Made by a program: the position numbers and the translations under genes
Part shown: positions 26,379 to 40,204 of the stretch, in pieces
How positions within the stretch are numbered: position 1 is the stretch's first letter
How the letters are laid out: each line of letters begins with the position of its first letter
The notes under the pieces: generated by a model
Told to the model about the DNA's origin: nothing
Databases searched by the model: none
Seen by the model: the letters and a program-made list of their open reading frames with translations, nothing else
Assembly: GCA_951406725.2 (NCBI GenBank)
Contig: OX597820.1
Location: 102,300,001 to 102,364,000 of the forward strand
Length of the DNA stretch: 64,000 nucleotides
Reading direction: 5' to 3'
Source of the DNA: Octopus vulgaris
Taxonomy: Eukaryota

Positions 26379-26555
26379 ATATAAAAACTATGTAGTTGAG
26401 AAGTTCACTGTGAAGTTAGAAATTTTTGCTTCCTAACCACATGGTTCAGTCCTACAGTGTGGAATCTTGGGCAAGTGATTTCTGCTAGATCCTCGGAACA
26501 ATGAAAGCTTTTTGGGTGGATTTGGTAGAAGAAACTGAAACTGAAAAAACCTCAT

Positions 26556-26590
<35 letters not shown>

Positions 26591-26596
26591 CCTCAT

Positions 26597-26629
<33 letters not shown>

Positions 26630-26656
26630 CCTCATCGCATATATATATATATATAT

Positions 26657-26719
<63 letters not shown>

Positions 26720-26728
<9 letters not shown>

Positions 26729-27188
26729 ACAATTCAAAGGAAAAATCCAGGGGAATAATTACAAGGTAGCTAAATGTTGCTTAAGTGTCTCAGGATTTAA
26801 ATCCAGGATAGTAAGTCGCATTTAGTAGAAAATAGGAAAATTGAAAAGGAGACAAACTCTCAGGATGTTGTTGAACCATTTATATCTTGAATTCTTCTAC
26901 ATAAGTTTCGGTGGATGTACTCCAAAATGTCTGACAGGATAAATTATGGTCAGTTATACATCAATCTCATCAGGAAGGATATAAATAAAGGACTTTCTAT
27001 TTCTGTTCACATGTTTGTTTGATGAGTTTGTTATTTATATCCTTCCTGATGAGATTGATGCATTGCTCACCATAATTTATCCTGGTGGACATTTTGGAGT
27101 GTATCCACCGAAACATATGTAGAAGAATTCAAGATATAAATGGTTTAACAACATCTCAAGAGTATGTCTCCTTGTTCAAATTTTCCTA
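26720..27188 (-). mobile_element. PLE-like fold-back element (arms 26833-26988 and 27031-27188) with two canonical HHRs
   Basis: Plus 27042-27125 CUUC CUGAUGA G..C GAAA CAUAUG UA GAAG; minus 26894-26977 is the same motif. Confidence 0.75.
27042..27125 (+). ncRNA. Type I hammerhead ribozyme
   Basis: Canonical CUGAUGA/GAAA, palindromic ACAUAUGU stem III, CUUC/GAAG stem I. Confidence 0.75.
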
Positions 27189-27214
27189 TATATATATATT
27201 TATATATATATCAT

Positions 27215-27570
27215 CATGATTGTTTAACATCGGTTTTCTGTGCTAGCATGGGTTGGACAGTTCAACCGGGGTCTGGGAAGCCAGGAGGCTGCACCAGGCT
27301 CCAGTCTGATCTGGCAGTGTTTCTACAGCTGGATGCCCTTCCTAACGCCAACCACTCTGTGAGTGTAGTGGGTGCTTTTTACTTGTCACCGGCATAGAAG
27401 CCAGTCAAGGTGGCACTGGTATCGGCCACATTTGGATGGTGCTTTTTACGTGCCACCTGCACAGGTATCACAACTACAATTTCCATTTGATATTTCTTTT
27501 GATGTTGATGTACTTGACTCAATAGGTCTCTTCAAGCACAGAAGGTCACCCTACGATCCAAGGTATGCAC
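27215..27570 (-). mobile_element. SINE-like family C
   Basis: Homology to 7575-7950. Confidence 0.7.
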
Positions 27571-28237
27571 AGCAGATTGTTCTGCAATCAAAGGTACTTT
27601 GGATGGGCTGGGGCAGTTAATCAAATATGTCCTATGAAAATAAAGTGTACTGGATTTCAGATAAGTGCTCTTGGTATGAGAAATGTCTAAAACCTGAAAG
27701 GTATTTAGAGATTCAATTAGAGTGATTATAATTGAGAGTAAAAGAAGAGATAAGTCCATAATATAAGCAATATTGTATTAATAAATAAATATATCAAATA
27801 TAACTATGATGATTTAAAAAATTTTTAGAGATCTTACGATCATTTCCTGAATATACTACCTTTCAAAATGATATCCAAATTTATACCAATATAGATCTAT
27901 ACGAATAACATTTTTAATGGTATGGTATACTATGGTATCCAGCTGGATAACATATCCCCCTAAACTCACATTAGTTATATACATACATGCATGTGTATGT
28001 GTGTGTTTGAGTGTGTGTGTATGTATGTGTATAAGCTTGAACTTGGCGCTCATTTATTTCATCTGTTATGTATTTTTCAGTATTTGGTGACACATGCTAT
28101 CATACTACAGGTGCAATACATAGATGCACCCCTCATAAGGGTAGATTGCATATGAAAACACCCCCTCAGACAGACAAGTAGGAAATATTAAATGCTGAAG
28201 CATATGTAACAGAGAAAATAAAATAGTATCAAATTCC

Positions 28238-28373
28238 CTTCTTCTTCTTCTTCTTCTTCTTCTTCTTCTTCTTCTTCTTCTTCTTCTTCTTCTTCTTCTT
28301 CTTCTTCTTCTTCTTCTTCTTCTTCTTCTTCTTCTTCTTCTTCTTCTTCTTCTTCTTCTTCTTCTTCTTCTTC
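28238..28373. repeat. Pure (CTT)n/(AAG)n microsatellite
   Basis: Direct reading, about 45 units. Confidence 0.95.
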
Positions 28374-28374
28374 T

Positions 28375-28505
28375 ATGTTTGACTTTTGTACAAGCTAGCT
28401 CCAAGTCTCACCCAGAGACCTCAAGAGACAACAGGTTGGAAGTTCATGTTGTTGTTATGCCTAATGTGCCATATATATATATTTTTTTTTGGTGTTGTAC
28501 TAGTG
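28375..28505 (-). mobile_element. R4/Dong-like LINE 3' UTR fragment
   Basis: Reverse complement of the 3' UTR at 31940-32068. Confidence 0.7.
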
Positions 28506-28535
28506 AATGTCAAAAAAAAAGGCAACCGGTTGGAA

Positions 28536-28592
<57 letters not shown>

Positions 28593-28693
28593 CATTATTA
28601 CTATTACTATTTATTTTCTCATTATTGGTGTACTCTTATTTTATAGCTCACAATATTTACACACATACATACATATATGTATACATACATACA

Positions 28694-28728
<35 letters not shown>

Positions 28729-28873
28729 GCATAAGCAAATATAGTTGAGTCTAAGAACCCCATCTGGCATTTAAATTATCAACTCTTCCCTTTCTCCAGA
28801 CAAATGGATAAAAGATAAAGCTGACCTTGGTCTAACTACTACTTTAATAATAATAATAATAATGATGATGATG

Positions 28874-28922
<49 letters not shown>

Positions 28923-29010
28923 TAACAACAACAACAACAACAACAATAATAATAATAATAAGAAGAAGAAGAAGAAAAAGAAACCATAAATGATAACAAC
29001 AATAATAATA

Positions 29011-29567
29011 AATTGCTCTGATGCAGTACCAGGCACTTGCTCTCATGGCTTCTGATCTTAACTGATTGGAAGTGTTATCATGTACATTGTTTTGTCTTGG
29101 TATAAAAGATGGGCTACAGCAAATATTCTGCTCAATACCACAGATTTGCTTGTTAGTTGTTTGACCTTAACCAGTTGAGCATGTCCCTTAGTGGCTGACG
29201 ATATGTGCATCTCTGATCATGAACAGAAGTAGTGGGGGAGCATCATAGTCATGTGTCGAGAGGGATTATTTGGGGTCTGAATAATTCACCTCTGGAAACA
29301 TGGGTGTTTTATTCAACATCCTTAAACAACCCTTATTCAGGGACCTTTTGAGCAGGATGGGTTACTCAACCTGAAGTAAATTCTAACAGGGCCCCACCTG
29401 CAAGGTCATGTGCTGTTTATCTTGATATGAGATCACCATGTCGCGCACATATGGTTGTGATGCATGTGCCTGGTGTACCTTTATCAGACGGGTAGTCATG
29501 ATGGGTATATTGGGCTTCGTATATTTTACCCCAGTGTCACTTTGATGGCATGAACTGCTCTCTCACT
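29011..29567. mobile_element. Unclassified 0.55-kb insert between (TAA)n tracts
   Basis: Complex sequence sharply bounded by AAT repeats; no ORF; family not recognised. Confidence 0.4.
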
Positions 29568-29568
29568 C

Positions 29569-29596
<28 letters not shown>

Positions 29597-29599
<3 letters not shown>

Positions 29600-29921
29600 G
29601 AAATGGAGAAACTTTCAAAATACAAAGTCCTGGAAATAGAGGTAACCAGAATGTGGAATCTAAAAACAGAAACCATTCCTATCATAGTAGGTGCATTAGG
29701 CATGATAAAAAAATATTCAGATAAATACATAACAAAAACACCAGGACTTACAAACACATATGACATACAGAAAATTGCACTACTAGGCACTGCACACATC
29801 CTACACAGAACACTTTCCATACAATAACCATCAGAGCATCACAACAAATCACAGCACATACCCAAGGCACACAGAGCTGCGCTCGGTAGTGAAGTGAAAG
29901 CACGCTATAAAAATAAAACTA

Positions 29922-29925
<4 letters not shown>
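29597..29925 (+). mobile_element. R4/Dong-clade non-LTR retrotransposon 3' fragment (RLE domain C-terminus)
   Basis: EKLSKY..LEIE..RMW....IPIIVGALG..IQKIALLGTAHILHRTL; embedded in (TAA)n, the known Dong target. Confidence 0.85.
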
Positions 29926-29988
<63 letters not shown>

Positions 29989-30045
29989 TAATAATAATAA
30001 AAATAAAAATAATAATAATAATATAATAACAATAATAATAATAAC

Positions 30046-30086
<41 letters not shown>

Positions 30087-30813
30087 GAAGAAGAAGAAGA
30101 AGAAGAATGATGATGATGATGATGATAACGGAATTGGAAAATGCAATGGAAAATGCTAAAAAGGTGCAAGGGCATATCTTGATGCAAAATACCAAATAGA
30201 AAAGAAAGGGTTCAAAACTTATCAAAACCCTAAAACAACATGTGCAGGCAAAAACATTTAAGATGCAATGCTACACTAATTGCATGTTGCAGTTCCATCA
30301 AAGCTGGTTATTCTCAAATAACCAGAGGCAGTTTTTTAAGAGCTTAAGAGAAGATACATAAGATAATATCATATTGTGATCTTTGTAGTAATAATTATAC
30401 CTTTTAGCATTTTTCAAATCACATAGAACTGTAACAGGTAGTAAAAAAAAAATGTATGCAATAAGAATAAGATTACATAAATCTCGGATTTGTAGGGATC
30501 CTTGATTGGCCTAAATGGTTGTCTTCTTACTGAGGTAACCCAGTTCATTCTTTTTGCATATTATGGCTTTCTATACTTGAATTTTTTCTTTTGTAATTAT
30601 TGATTCTGCATAATCCCCCACCACTCATCATTTTGGTAAATTGTCCTTATAATACTCCTTTGTCTCTCACCTGTGAGACAAATAAAGAACTCAATAACAA
30701 CAACAACAATAATGATTTCAAATTTTGGCACAAGACCAGCTATTTGGGAGACAGGACTAAGCTGATTATATTGAGCCCAATATTCAACTGACACTGAAGG
30801 AATGAAAGGTAAA

Positions 30814-31102
30814 GTTAGTTAGTTAGTTAGTTAATTTGTTGGCTCTAAAAGCAAAAAGCAAGACCATGTAGGGGGACATGGAGTTATGTACAGGGTGGTG
30901 TTCATGTAAAGAGTTCAGGTCACTTGTGGTCAAAGGAGACTTTGAACCGGGCGGTCGTCGGCATCTTCACTATCTCATCCAGCAGCTTATTCCACAGATC
31001 CACAACCCGGACGGAGAAAGCCCCTCTCCTTCGATTGAGATGAAATCGTCGCAGATAGAGCTTTTCGGAGTAACCCCACAGCCGACGCTCTGGAGCAGGA
31101 GT
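30814..31102 (-). mobile_element. CR1-clade LINE 3' fragment
   Basis: Same family as 17847-18098; WGYSEKLYLRRFHLNRRRGAFSVRVVDLWN; (AACT)n tail. Confidence 0.85.
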
Positions 31103-31729
31103 GAAGAGAACTCAGAACATAAACACAGATGAAATGCTGCTAAGCAATTTGCCCAGTGTGCTAATGATTCTGACAGCTTGCCACCTTGTCAACAAAAATA
31201 ATAATCATTTCTGTTATGGTGACAATGGCCCAAAATTTTGGAGGAGGGGGACTAATCGATTACATCAACTGGTACTTGTTTCATCAGTGCTGAAAAAATG
31301 AAAGGCAATGTTGACCTCACAGAATTTGAACTCAGAAAGTAAAGAATCAGAAAAAAAAAAATGCCACTAAGTATTTTGTCTGCGATGGTAAGGATCCTGC
31401 CACCTGGCTGCCTTAATAATAATAATAGTGCTAATAATAATAGTTTTAAATTTTGTCATGGGGCAAGCAATTTTAAGTGTGTATGTGTGTGTGTGTAGTG
31501 GTGGAGGTGTGGTAGCTCGATTAGACTGACTTCAGTACTTTATTGGTACTTTATTTTATTGACCTTGCAAGGATGAAATGCGAAGTTGACCTCAGCAATA
31601 TTTGAATTCAGTATGTAAAGAGCTGGAAGAAATGCTGCAAAACATTTTCTCCCATGTGCTAACGATTCTTCTTGCTGTCTTAATAATAACAAGCTTGCCA
31701 TCTTAACAATGATAATAATAATGATGATC

Positions 31730-31762
<33 letters not shown>

Positions 31763-31764
31763 GT

Positions 31765-32070
31765 AGAAGGGGCTGGTTGCTACCTAACTCAGATACCAGG
31801 AAACCCCAAAATGGCTGAAATTCAAAAGTCAGTGCTGATGGGAACTGCTCATATCCTACGCAAAATACTTTCTATGTAATCTCAAGTTTTAAAACAAACA
31901 TAATTTTCTTATGGCTTCTTAAACATTCTCTAGAACACTATGTACAAAACCAAATATATGGCACCCTAGGCATAATACTAGCATGAACTTCCAACTTGTT
32001 GTCTCATGATGTCTCTGGGTGAGACTTGGAGCCAACTTGTACAAATGTAAAGCAAAAGTCAAACATAAAA
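31765..32070 (+). mobile_element. R4/Dong-like LINE 3' fragment, second family, copy 1
   Basis: YLTQIPGNPKMAEIQKSVLMGTAHILRKILSM* plus 3' UTR, in (TAA)n. Confidence 0.8.
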
Positions 32071-32117
32071 TAATAATAATAATAATAATAATGATAATCA
32101 TAATGATAATAATAATA

Positions 32118-32180
<63 letters not shown>

Positions 32181-32196
32181 TAATAATAATAATAGT

Positions 32197-32510
32197 AGAA
32201 AAAGGGGCTGGTTGCTACCTAGCTCAGATACCAAGAAACCCCAAAATGGCTGAAATTCAAAAGACAGTGCTGATGGGAACTGCTCATATCCTACACAAAA
32301 TACTTTCTATGTAATCTCAAGTTTTAAAACAAACATAATTTTCTTATGGTTTCTTAAACATTCTCTAGAATATATTTGTATGTACAAAACCAAATATATG
32401 GCACCCTAGGCATAACACCAGCATGAACTTCCAACTTGTTGTCTCTTGAGGTCTCTGGGTGAGACTTGGAGCCAACTTGTACAAATGTAAAGCAAAAGTC
32501 AAACAGAAAA
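32197..32510 (+). mobile_element. R4/Dong-like LINE 3' fragment, second family, copy 2
   Basis: Near-duplicate of 31765-32070. Confidence 0.8.
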
Positions 32511-32530
32511 TAATAATAATAATAACAATG

Positions 32531-32562
<32 letters not shown>

Positions 32563-32564
32563 CA

Positions 32565-32915
32565 TCATCATTGTTTAGCATCCGCTTTCCATGCTAGCAT
32601 GGGTTGGACGGTTCAACTGGGGTCTGGGAAGCCAGAAGGCTGCACCAGGCCCAGTCTGATCTGGCAATGTTTCTATGGCTGGATGACCTTCCTAACGCCA
32701 ACCACTCTGTGAGTGTAGTGGGTGCTTTTTATGTGCCATCGGCACAGGTGCCAGACGAGGCTGCCAAATAGCCACGATCGGATAGTGCTTTTTATGTGCC
32801 ACCGGCACGATGCCAGTCGGGCTGGCGCTGGCAATGGCCATGTTCGGATGGTTCTCTTACGTACTACAGGCACTGGTATCACAGCTGCAATTTCCATTGA
32901 TGTTGATCGATTTTG
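32565..32915 (-). mobile_element. SINE-like family C
   Basis: Homology to 7575-7950. Confidence 0.7.
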
Positions 32916-32938
32916 AAATAATAATAATAATAATAATG

Positions 32939-32989
<51 letters not shown>

Positions 32990-34954
32990 TTACAGTAAAT
33001 ATTCAAGGAAATAAACTACCACCAGCTAGCTGAATACCCAATGTATTACACACAACACACAATACAAAACTAATATAACAAAAGACTGTGCCACACCTAA
33101 AAGAAATCACCCCCCCCCCCAAAAAAAAAACCTGACACAATACAATACCAGGAAGAGTTTGCACCCTTCTAACAACAAAATAGAACACACAATGCTGCAC
33201 AGACCCCAGCAACACAGAGGTGTAGCAGGTGATACAGTAGTAATTTGCCTGAAGCTACCAAATGTTGAACAATGATAATAATAATAACTAGCTGGACCCA
33301 GGAAAAATTCACAGAAAATATAGAAAATGTAAGCATCTGTAAATTGTGTGCTGGTACCATGAGAAATGTTTCTATATTGTGACAGTTAAAGGCAATGAGC
33401 TGGCAGAATTGTAAGCATGCAGGGCGAAATGCCTAGCGGTGTTTCATCTAACTTTATGTTCTGAGTTCAAATTCTGCTGAGGTCAACTTTGCCTTTCATT
33501 CTTTCAGGGTTGATAAATTAAGTACCAGTTGTGTACTGGGGTTAATCTAATTGACTGGCCCTCTCCTCACCAAAATTTCAGGACTTGTGCCCATAGTAGA
33601 AAAGTATATTGCGACAGTTACAGAATATAGAAAGATGGGTAAAACCGATGATTATATAATCCAACCAAAATATCTCAGTTACGCAAACATAAACAGAATT
33701 ACTATTTAGCCTTAAAATACATCATACATAATCAGAGAACCCTCTTGATTTAGTGGTATGGAATGTCTTTCTCGTATTCTTTTATTCTTTTTCTTGTTTC
33801 AGTCAGTTGACAGTGGGCATGCTGGAGCACCACCCTTTTGTCTTTAGTTTTGTTGTTCTGTACACCTGTTGGACAGTCCACCCTGGTGCATCCATGGCTG
33901 TAGAATCTATCTCAGTAGCACTGGCAGAGCAGGGATTCCTCAAAGTTATTTATGGTAGTATTGCACTTGTAAGTCCTCCAAAACAGGCCACTTATTTCAT
34001 CTTTGTTGGCTTTTAGAGTTTCTTCAAGAACTTCGTTGGTCTTACCCACCACTAGACTTCTATATATTGTTAACATAGAACTTCACACCAACTGGTAGAG
34101 GGCAGTGTGCACCTGATGGTATTTCAGATACCAGGCACCATTTCAATCTTGGTCTTTTCTTCACCCAAGACAGCAGCTCCACGAAAGAGATGAGCTGTGC
34201 AAAGGCATATTTTACAAACACTAGCTCACTAGCTAGGAAAATAATAATAACAATAACAATGATGATGATGATGATGATAATGATGACGATGCTGATGATG
34301 ATTTCTTTTATTTGTAGGAAGGGACATCTTGTGGGAAGTATTACAAGAATGATTTACAATTAGTGTGAGAATTTACTTAAAATATGAGGGGAAGAAAGAG
34401 AATGGAGTGGGGGAAGAGATAAAAAAAGTTTACTAAATTTGTGAAACCATAGTTGAAGTAGATTTTCCTGATAGAGAACCTCCCTCCCTGACCCAGTTAG
34501 GGCCAATCACAGAGCCCCACTGATCCAAGACCTCTCTGATCAGCAAGGACACAAACTCTTGTCCAGTTGTCGTTCTCCAGTACACAAGCACAAGCCTGGA
34601 GTAGTTCCAGACAAATATATTAAAAAAATCTCAGCAGTTATAAACAAACAGAAAATAGTAGCACTTAGCACTGTCTACATATTACATAAAGTACTGTTAG
34701 TACAATAGCAAAGCAGAACCAGATGATGATGATGATGATGATGATCCTTTCTGTTAAAGGCACAAGGCCTGAAATTTTTGGGGAGGAGACTAGTTGATTA
34801 CATCAACCCCAGTGTTTCACTGGTACTTAATTTATCAACCCTGAAAGGGTGAAAGGCAAAGTTGACCTCAGTTGAATTAGAACTCAGAACGTCAAGACCA
34901 ACGAAATGCTGCTTAACATTTTGTCAGGCGTGCTAACAATTCTACCAACTCACC

Positions 34955-35290
34955 ATGGGAACTGCCCATATCCTTTAAAAATATTGTCTATGTAATCTCC
35001 AAAACATTTTAATCTGTAAACTATATCAAAATACTTTTAAAAGTACATAATAGCAAACACTTTTTACTGTTCTTTTAACAGTACATTATCATCTTATAAT
35101 CAAATTACTTTTAGAACAAACTCCTAATTTTCTTATGTTTCCACAGACATTCTCTAGAACAATAATTTGTGCAAAACCAAAATTATGGTACGCTAGTCAT
35201 AACACCAACTTGAACTAACTTGTTGTCTCTTAAGGTCTCCAGGTGAGACTTGGAGTCAACTTGTACAAACGCAAAGCAAAAGTCAAATGT
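34955..35290 (+). mobile_element. Older R4/Dong-like 3' fragment
   Basis: ATGGGAACTGCCCATATCC..TCTATGTAATCTC and 3' UTR GAGACTTGGAGTCAACTTGTACAAA. Confidence 0.7.
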
Positions 35291-35302
35291 ATGATGACGA
35301 TG

Positions 35303-35347
<45 letters not shown>

Positions 35348-35567
35348 GTAATAACAACAACAACAACGCCAATAATAGTGATAGGACAGTGGGTGTGTCT
35401 CGCCAAGTGACTGTAATAAACATGCAAATTAAAAGTATATAATATATATGTATGTATGTTTGTATGTATGTATGTATGTACGTATGTATGTATGTATGTA
35501 TGTGTATAAATATTGTGAGCTATAAAATAAGAGTACACCAATAATGAGAAAATAAATAATAATAATG

Positions 35568-35604
<37 letters not shown>

Positions 35605-35758
35605 TAATAATAATAATAATGATAATAATAATAATAATAATTATTATATTATTATTATTATCATTATTCATCATCATCATCATCATCATCATCGTAAAAC
35701 GGACGCTAAACGATGATGATGATGAATAATAATAATAATAATGATAATAATAATAATA

Positions 35759-35818
<60 letters not shown>

Positions 35819-35831
35819 TAATAATAATAGC

Positions 35832-35866
<35 letters not shown>

Positions 35867-36664
35867 TGATAATAATAATAATAATAATTATAATAATAAT
35901 AATGGTGATGATGGTGATGACAATAATGGTTTTTCATATTTCCTAAAATAATGCCATCTGGAACTCATTAAAACAATTCTTTTAAGTGTTATGGAAGGGA
36001 AATCCCATCATTGACTCATCAGTGTTTGATGTCCAACAGATGCTATGGAAGTATGTCAGTAACCAGGTCACAAAAGTGCGACAAAACTTTTCAGCTTATA
36101 ATATCAGTTGTACTGTTAAAATGTATGCAAAATGTGAATGCAGCTGTTAATGCATGTTCTTGAACTGTCAAAAATAATGACTTGATAATGATATAAAAGC
36201 AATACCTAATTCCTGATAAATATTTGCATGGAAATAAAGTGGCAAGCTGACAGAATTGTTAGCATACTGGGTGGAACACTTAGTGGAATTTCATCCATCT
36301 TCACGTTCTGAGATCAAATTCTGCTGGAGTTGACTTCACTTTCATTCTTTCAGAGTACCAGTTGAGTACTGGGGTCATTGTAATTGACTTCCCCCACTGC
36401 CCTGAAATAGCTGGCCCTGTGCCAGAATCTAAAAATATTCGCATTGGAATAGAACATGGCAAAGAAAACAAGAAATCTATGAAAAGTAGACCTGTTTCAT
36501 GTTTTTTGTAGTTATTGTAGGTTAATATCAGGTCAAAACATGCCATAGCCATTCTATCTGTTTATAATTATCTAGGAATACACTATCTGATATGTTCACT
36601 TTTGAAAGATGAGGAGTGTGTGATTTGAGAGAGATTGGGCTGCTATTTCCAGCATGTTGAGCAA

Positions 36665-37075
36665 CTTTACTCTTTTACTCTCTTTTACTTGTTTCAGTCA
36701 TTTGACTGTGGCCATGCTGGAGCACCGCCTTTAGTCGAGCAAATCGGCCCCAGGACTTATTCTTTGTAAGCCTACTACTTATTCTATCGGTCTCTTTTGC
36801 CGCACCGCTAAGTTACAGTGACGTAAACACACCAGCATCGGTTGTCAAGCGATGTTGGGGGGACAAACACAGAAAAACAAACATACACACACACACATGT
36901 ATACATATATACGATGGGCTTCTTTCAGTTTCTGTCCACCAAATCCACTCACAAGGCTTTCGTCGACCTGAGGCTATAGTAGAAGACACTTGCCCAAAGT
37001 GCTACGCAGTGGGACTGAACCCGGAACCATGTGGTTGGTAAACAAGCTACTTACCACACAGCTACTCCTACGCCT
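36665..37075 (-). mobile_element. SINE family A, full length
   Basis: Homology to 1793-2190. Confidence 0.85.
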
Positions 37076-37741
37076 ATAACTGTTTCTTATTTTTATTTTA
37101 CGTTTAGTTAAATTTTTCTCAGGTTAAGTTACACCACACTAAAAACAAACAAACAAACAAACCATCTTCCCATCCCACAACAAAAAATCTAATATTTTTG
37201 GAGCTACTTACAATTTTAAAGAATTTCCTTTTTTTTCATTCTCATTTCCAAGAGGTGTACTAGATTTGTCCCTTCCAAAATCTTGGTCCATTGCCATTTT
37301 ACTTCACTGATTTCTTTGTAACTTGTAGTAGAATCACAGTTATAGAGTTCACAGTTTAAGAAGCCATGTGTGTCTTTGACCAAATGTTTATTATGGTGCC
37401 GCTAGATTACAGCCTGATTATAGGTATATTGACGCAAGTAGATATATTTATACATACATACAACCCCCACACATGTGTGAGTGTGTGTGTTTATATATAT
37501 GTATATATATGTGTGTGTGTGTGTGTATAGATATATGTATATGTATATGTGTGTGTGTGAGTGTGTGTGTGTCTATGAATGTATGTATGTATGTATGTAT
37601 GTATATATATATGTGCGTGTATGTGTGTGTGTGTATGTATATGTAAATGTATATGTGTCTGTGTATCTCTTTGTGTAAGTTTATGAAATGTGTTTAAAAG
37701 TGTATAAGTATATAAGTGTACGTGTATATATATGATTGGAG

Positions 37742-37794
<53 letters not shown>

Positions 37795-38847
37795 GGTGTG
37801 TATAGGTATTTGGAATCTGTATGTTTATGACAGTGTATTTGAATTCATGATGATAAATATGTATATAAAGGGCTCTGTACACGAGGGGACATACTTATCC
37901 CTGACACGGTGTGCTTGTATGAATTTCGTTTATATGCATGAATACGGGTATGCAATTTATGTATGAATATACATATGCGTGTATCTATGACTGAGTGTGT
38001 GTATGTGCATGTGTATGTGTGTATATATCTGTGTGTGTGTGGTGTATGTATGTATGTTTCAGTGTGTGTATATATGTATGTATATCTGTGTATGTGTGTG
38101 GGGTGTGAGTGTATGTATGTATGTATGTATGTATGTATGTGTGTATGTATATATGTATACTTGTGTGTGTGTGGGTGTATGTATGTACGTATGTATGTGT
38201 ATACGTACGTATATCTGTGTGTATGTGAAAATGTGTATGTTGTGTGGAAGAATATTGTTTCACTTGTTGCCTAGGTGATACTAGAGGTCAGATGAGATCG
38301 CAGCTGTGTTTGCCTGTGTAGAATCTGTATTTTATGTAATAAGCCAGCAGAAGAAGAAGAAGAGGAAAAAGAAGAAAAGGAAGAAGAAAAAGAAGAAGAA
38401 GATGAAGATGAAGAAGTAGTCTACAGAATTGGTAACTAGGAAGAAGATTTTTTCAGGGGAGAAGGCACTGTAAGAAAGGAAAAGTGTAAGCTGTGATAGC
38501 AGTGGTAGCAGTAGTGGTAGTGTGTAGGATGTGGATAAACAGAGCTGGTGCTGGAATCAAATGAGGCAGAGATAATGGTAAGGAGGAGGAGGAGGAGGAG
38601 GAGGGGGGAATATAGACAAGGGATGAGATAAAATGGTAAAATAAATAAATAAGAAAAGCAAAAATAAAAACTGGAATAAAAAGTTTTATTTTATCTGATC
38701 AACATATTTGGATAGAAAATAATTTTAATTTGTTTTACTTTAAAACATTCTGTCTGACTGTCTGTGTCTGTTGCTGTCTCTATCTTTATGTATCTATTGG
38801 CCTGTCTGTCTACTTGCCGTCTGTCTGTCTGCTTGTCTGCCTTTCTT

Positions 38848-38942
<95 letters not shown>

Positions 38943-39008
38943 GTCTGTCTGTCTGTCTGCCTGTCTATCTATCTATCTATCTATCTATATTTAATATATT
39001 CTAATATA

Positions 39009-39170
39009 CCCTATTTTAACGTGTATAAGGAACCCTTTTTTGTCAAAAATTGGGTTAAAAATGTATAGGAGTTTCTTATATATGGATAGTATTTTAATCC
39101 CTTAGAAAACCTTTTTTCCAAATTTTAAGCCCCCAGAATTAGGGGGTTCCTTATACATGTTAAAATATGG
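39009..39170. mobile_element. Tc1/mariner-superfamily (Tc2/pogo-like) MITE
   Basis: About 27-bp TIRs CCCTATTTTAACGTGTATAAGGAACCC / GGGTTCCTTATACATGTTAAAATATGG with TA flanks. Confidence 0.75.
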
Positions 39171-40204
39171 TAATGTCATCATCATCACCATCATCACCAT
39201 CACCATTATCATTATCATCATCATCGTCATCATCAGACATCTGTTTTTCTAAGCTTGCGTGGCTTGGATTGTTTCATGGGATCCAGCAAGCTGCAGGGTT
39301 GCATGTATCTCCAGTCACATCTTTTGCATTGTCTGTATGGCTGGATGACCTTCCTAATGCCGACCACTTTACTGTGTGTACTAGTTGATTTCCTTGCGCC
39401 ACTGGCATTAGCATAGTCACCAAGAAAGATGCAGACAGGGAAAGAACAGGGAAATGAAAATGTAAAGAAGACATCACTCCATTTAAAGAAGGGCATGCAT
39501 GTGAGCATGAACAGCCTGCAACCTCTTCCCTCGTAGCTCTCTGTTGCATGCACTGGTAACGACATGTTCTCTGTCTCCTGTTAGATCATCCTACCAGGGT
39601 CCTATTCTCATTTGATGCAGCAGCTGTGGGCTGGAAGAGGCCTCGTAGCACACCCCACACCAGATGGTTGGACATGATTGGAAGATGCAGAGGGGCTGGA
39701 ATGGGACTGCCAGTGATGGAGAGCACTGATGAACCTGGTTGGCTCTACTCATGATGATGTCTCTGGGACCACTAACCTGGAATGACCCAGCCCCATCAAG
39801 CAAGGGCTTGAAGCAAGCAAGCAGGTATTCCTTGACTAAGTGGGGATGGCTTTATGCTAGGTATTGAAAGGCAAAAAATATAACAGAGGGCGAAGTGCAA
39901 GGGCCTTGCTACAAAAAGGATCCATAGTTATCCTGCATTATATATGGGTCAGTTTGAAGTAGATAAGATAGTAGTGATGGGGTGCCATAGCAAACCTTCA
40001 AAGTTTAAGAAGATGAGCATTAGAGAAGATACAGATCAAAGGATGGATGGAAGGAGGAGATTGGTAGTTACACAAGGGTGTGAGGGGAGAGTGACAGATG
40101 GTTAGAGATGGGTATAGAGGTGAATGTAGTGAATGAGGAACAAGGGTGGAGGTGAGAGTAAGATGAGAGAAATAGAAGTGGCTCCAGGAGGATAAGATCA
40201 GAGC

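Noticed and set aside
28105-28404. Poly-Arg protamine-like ORF
   Set aside because: Translation of a pure (AAG)n tract
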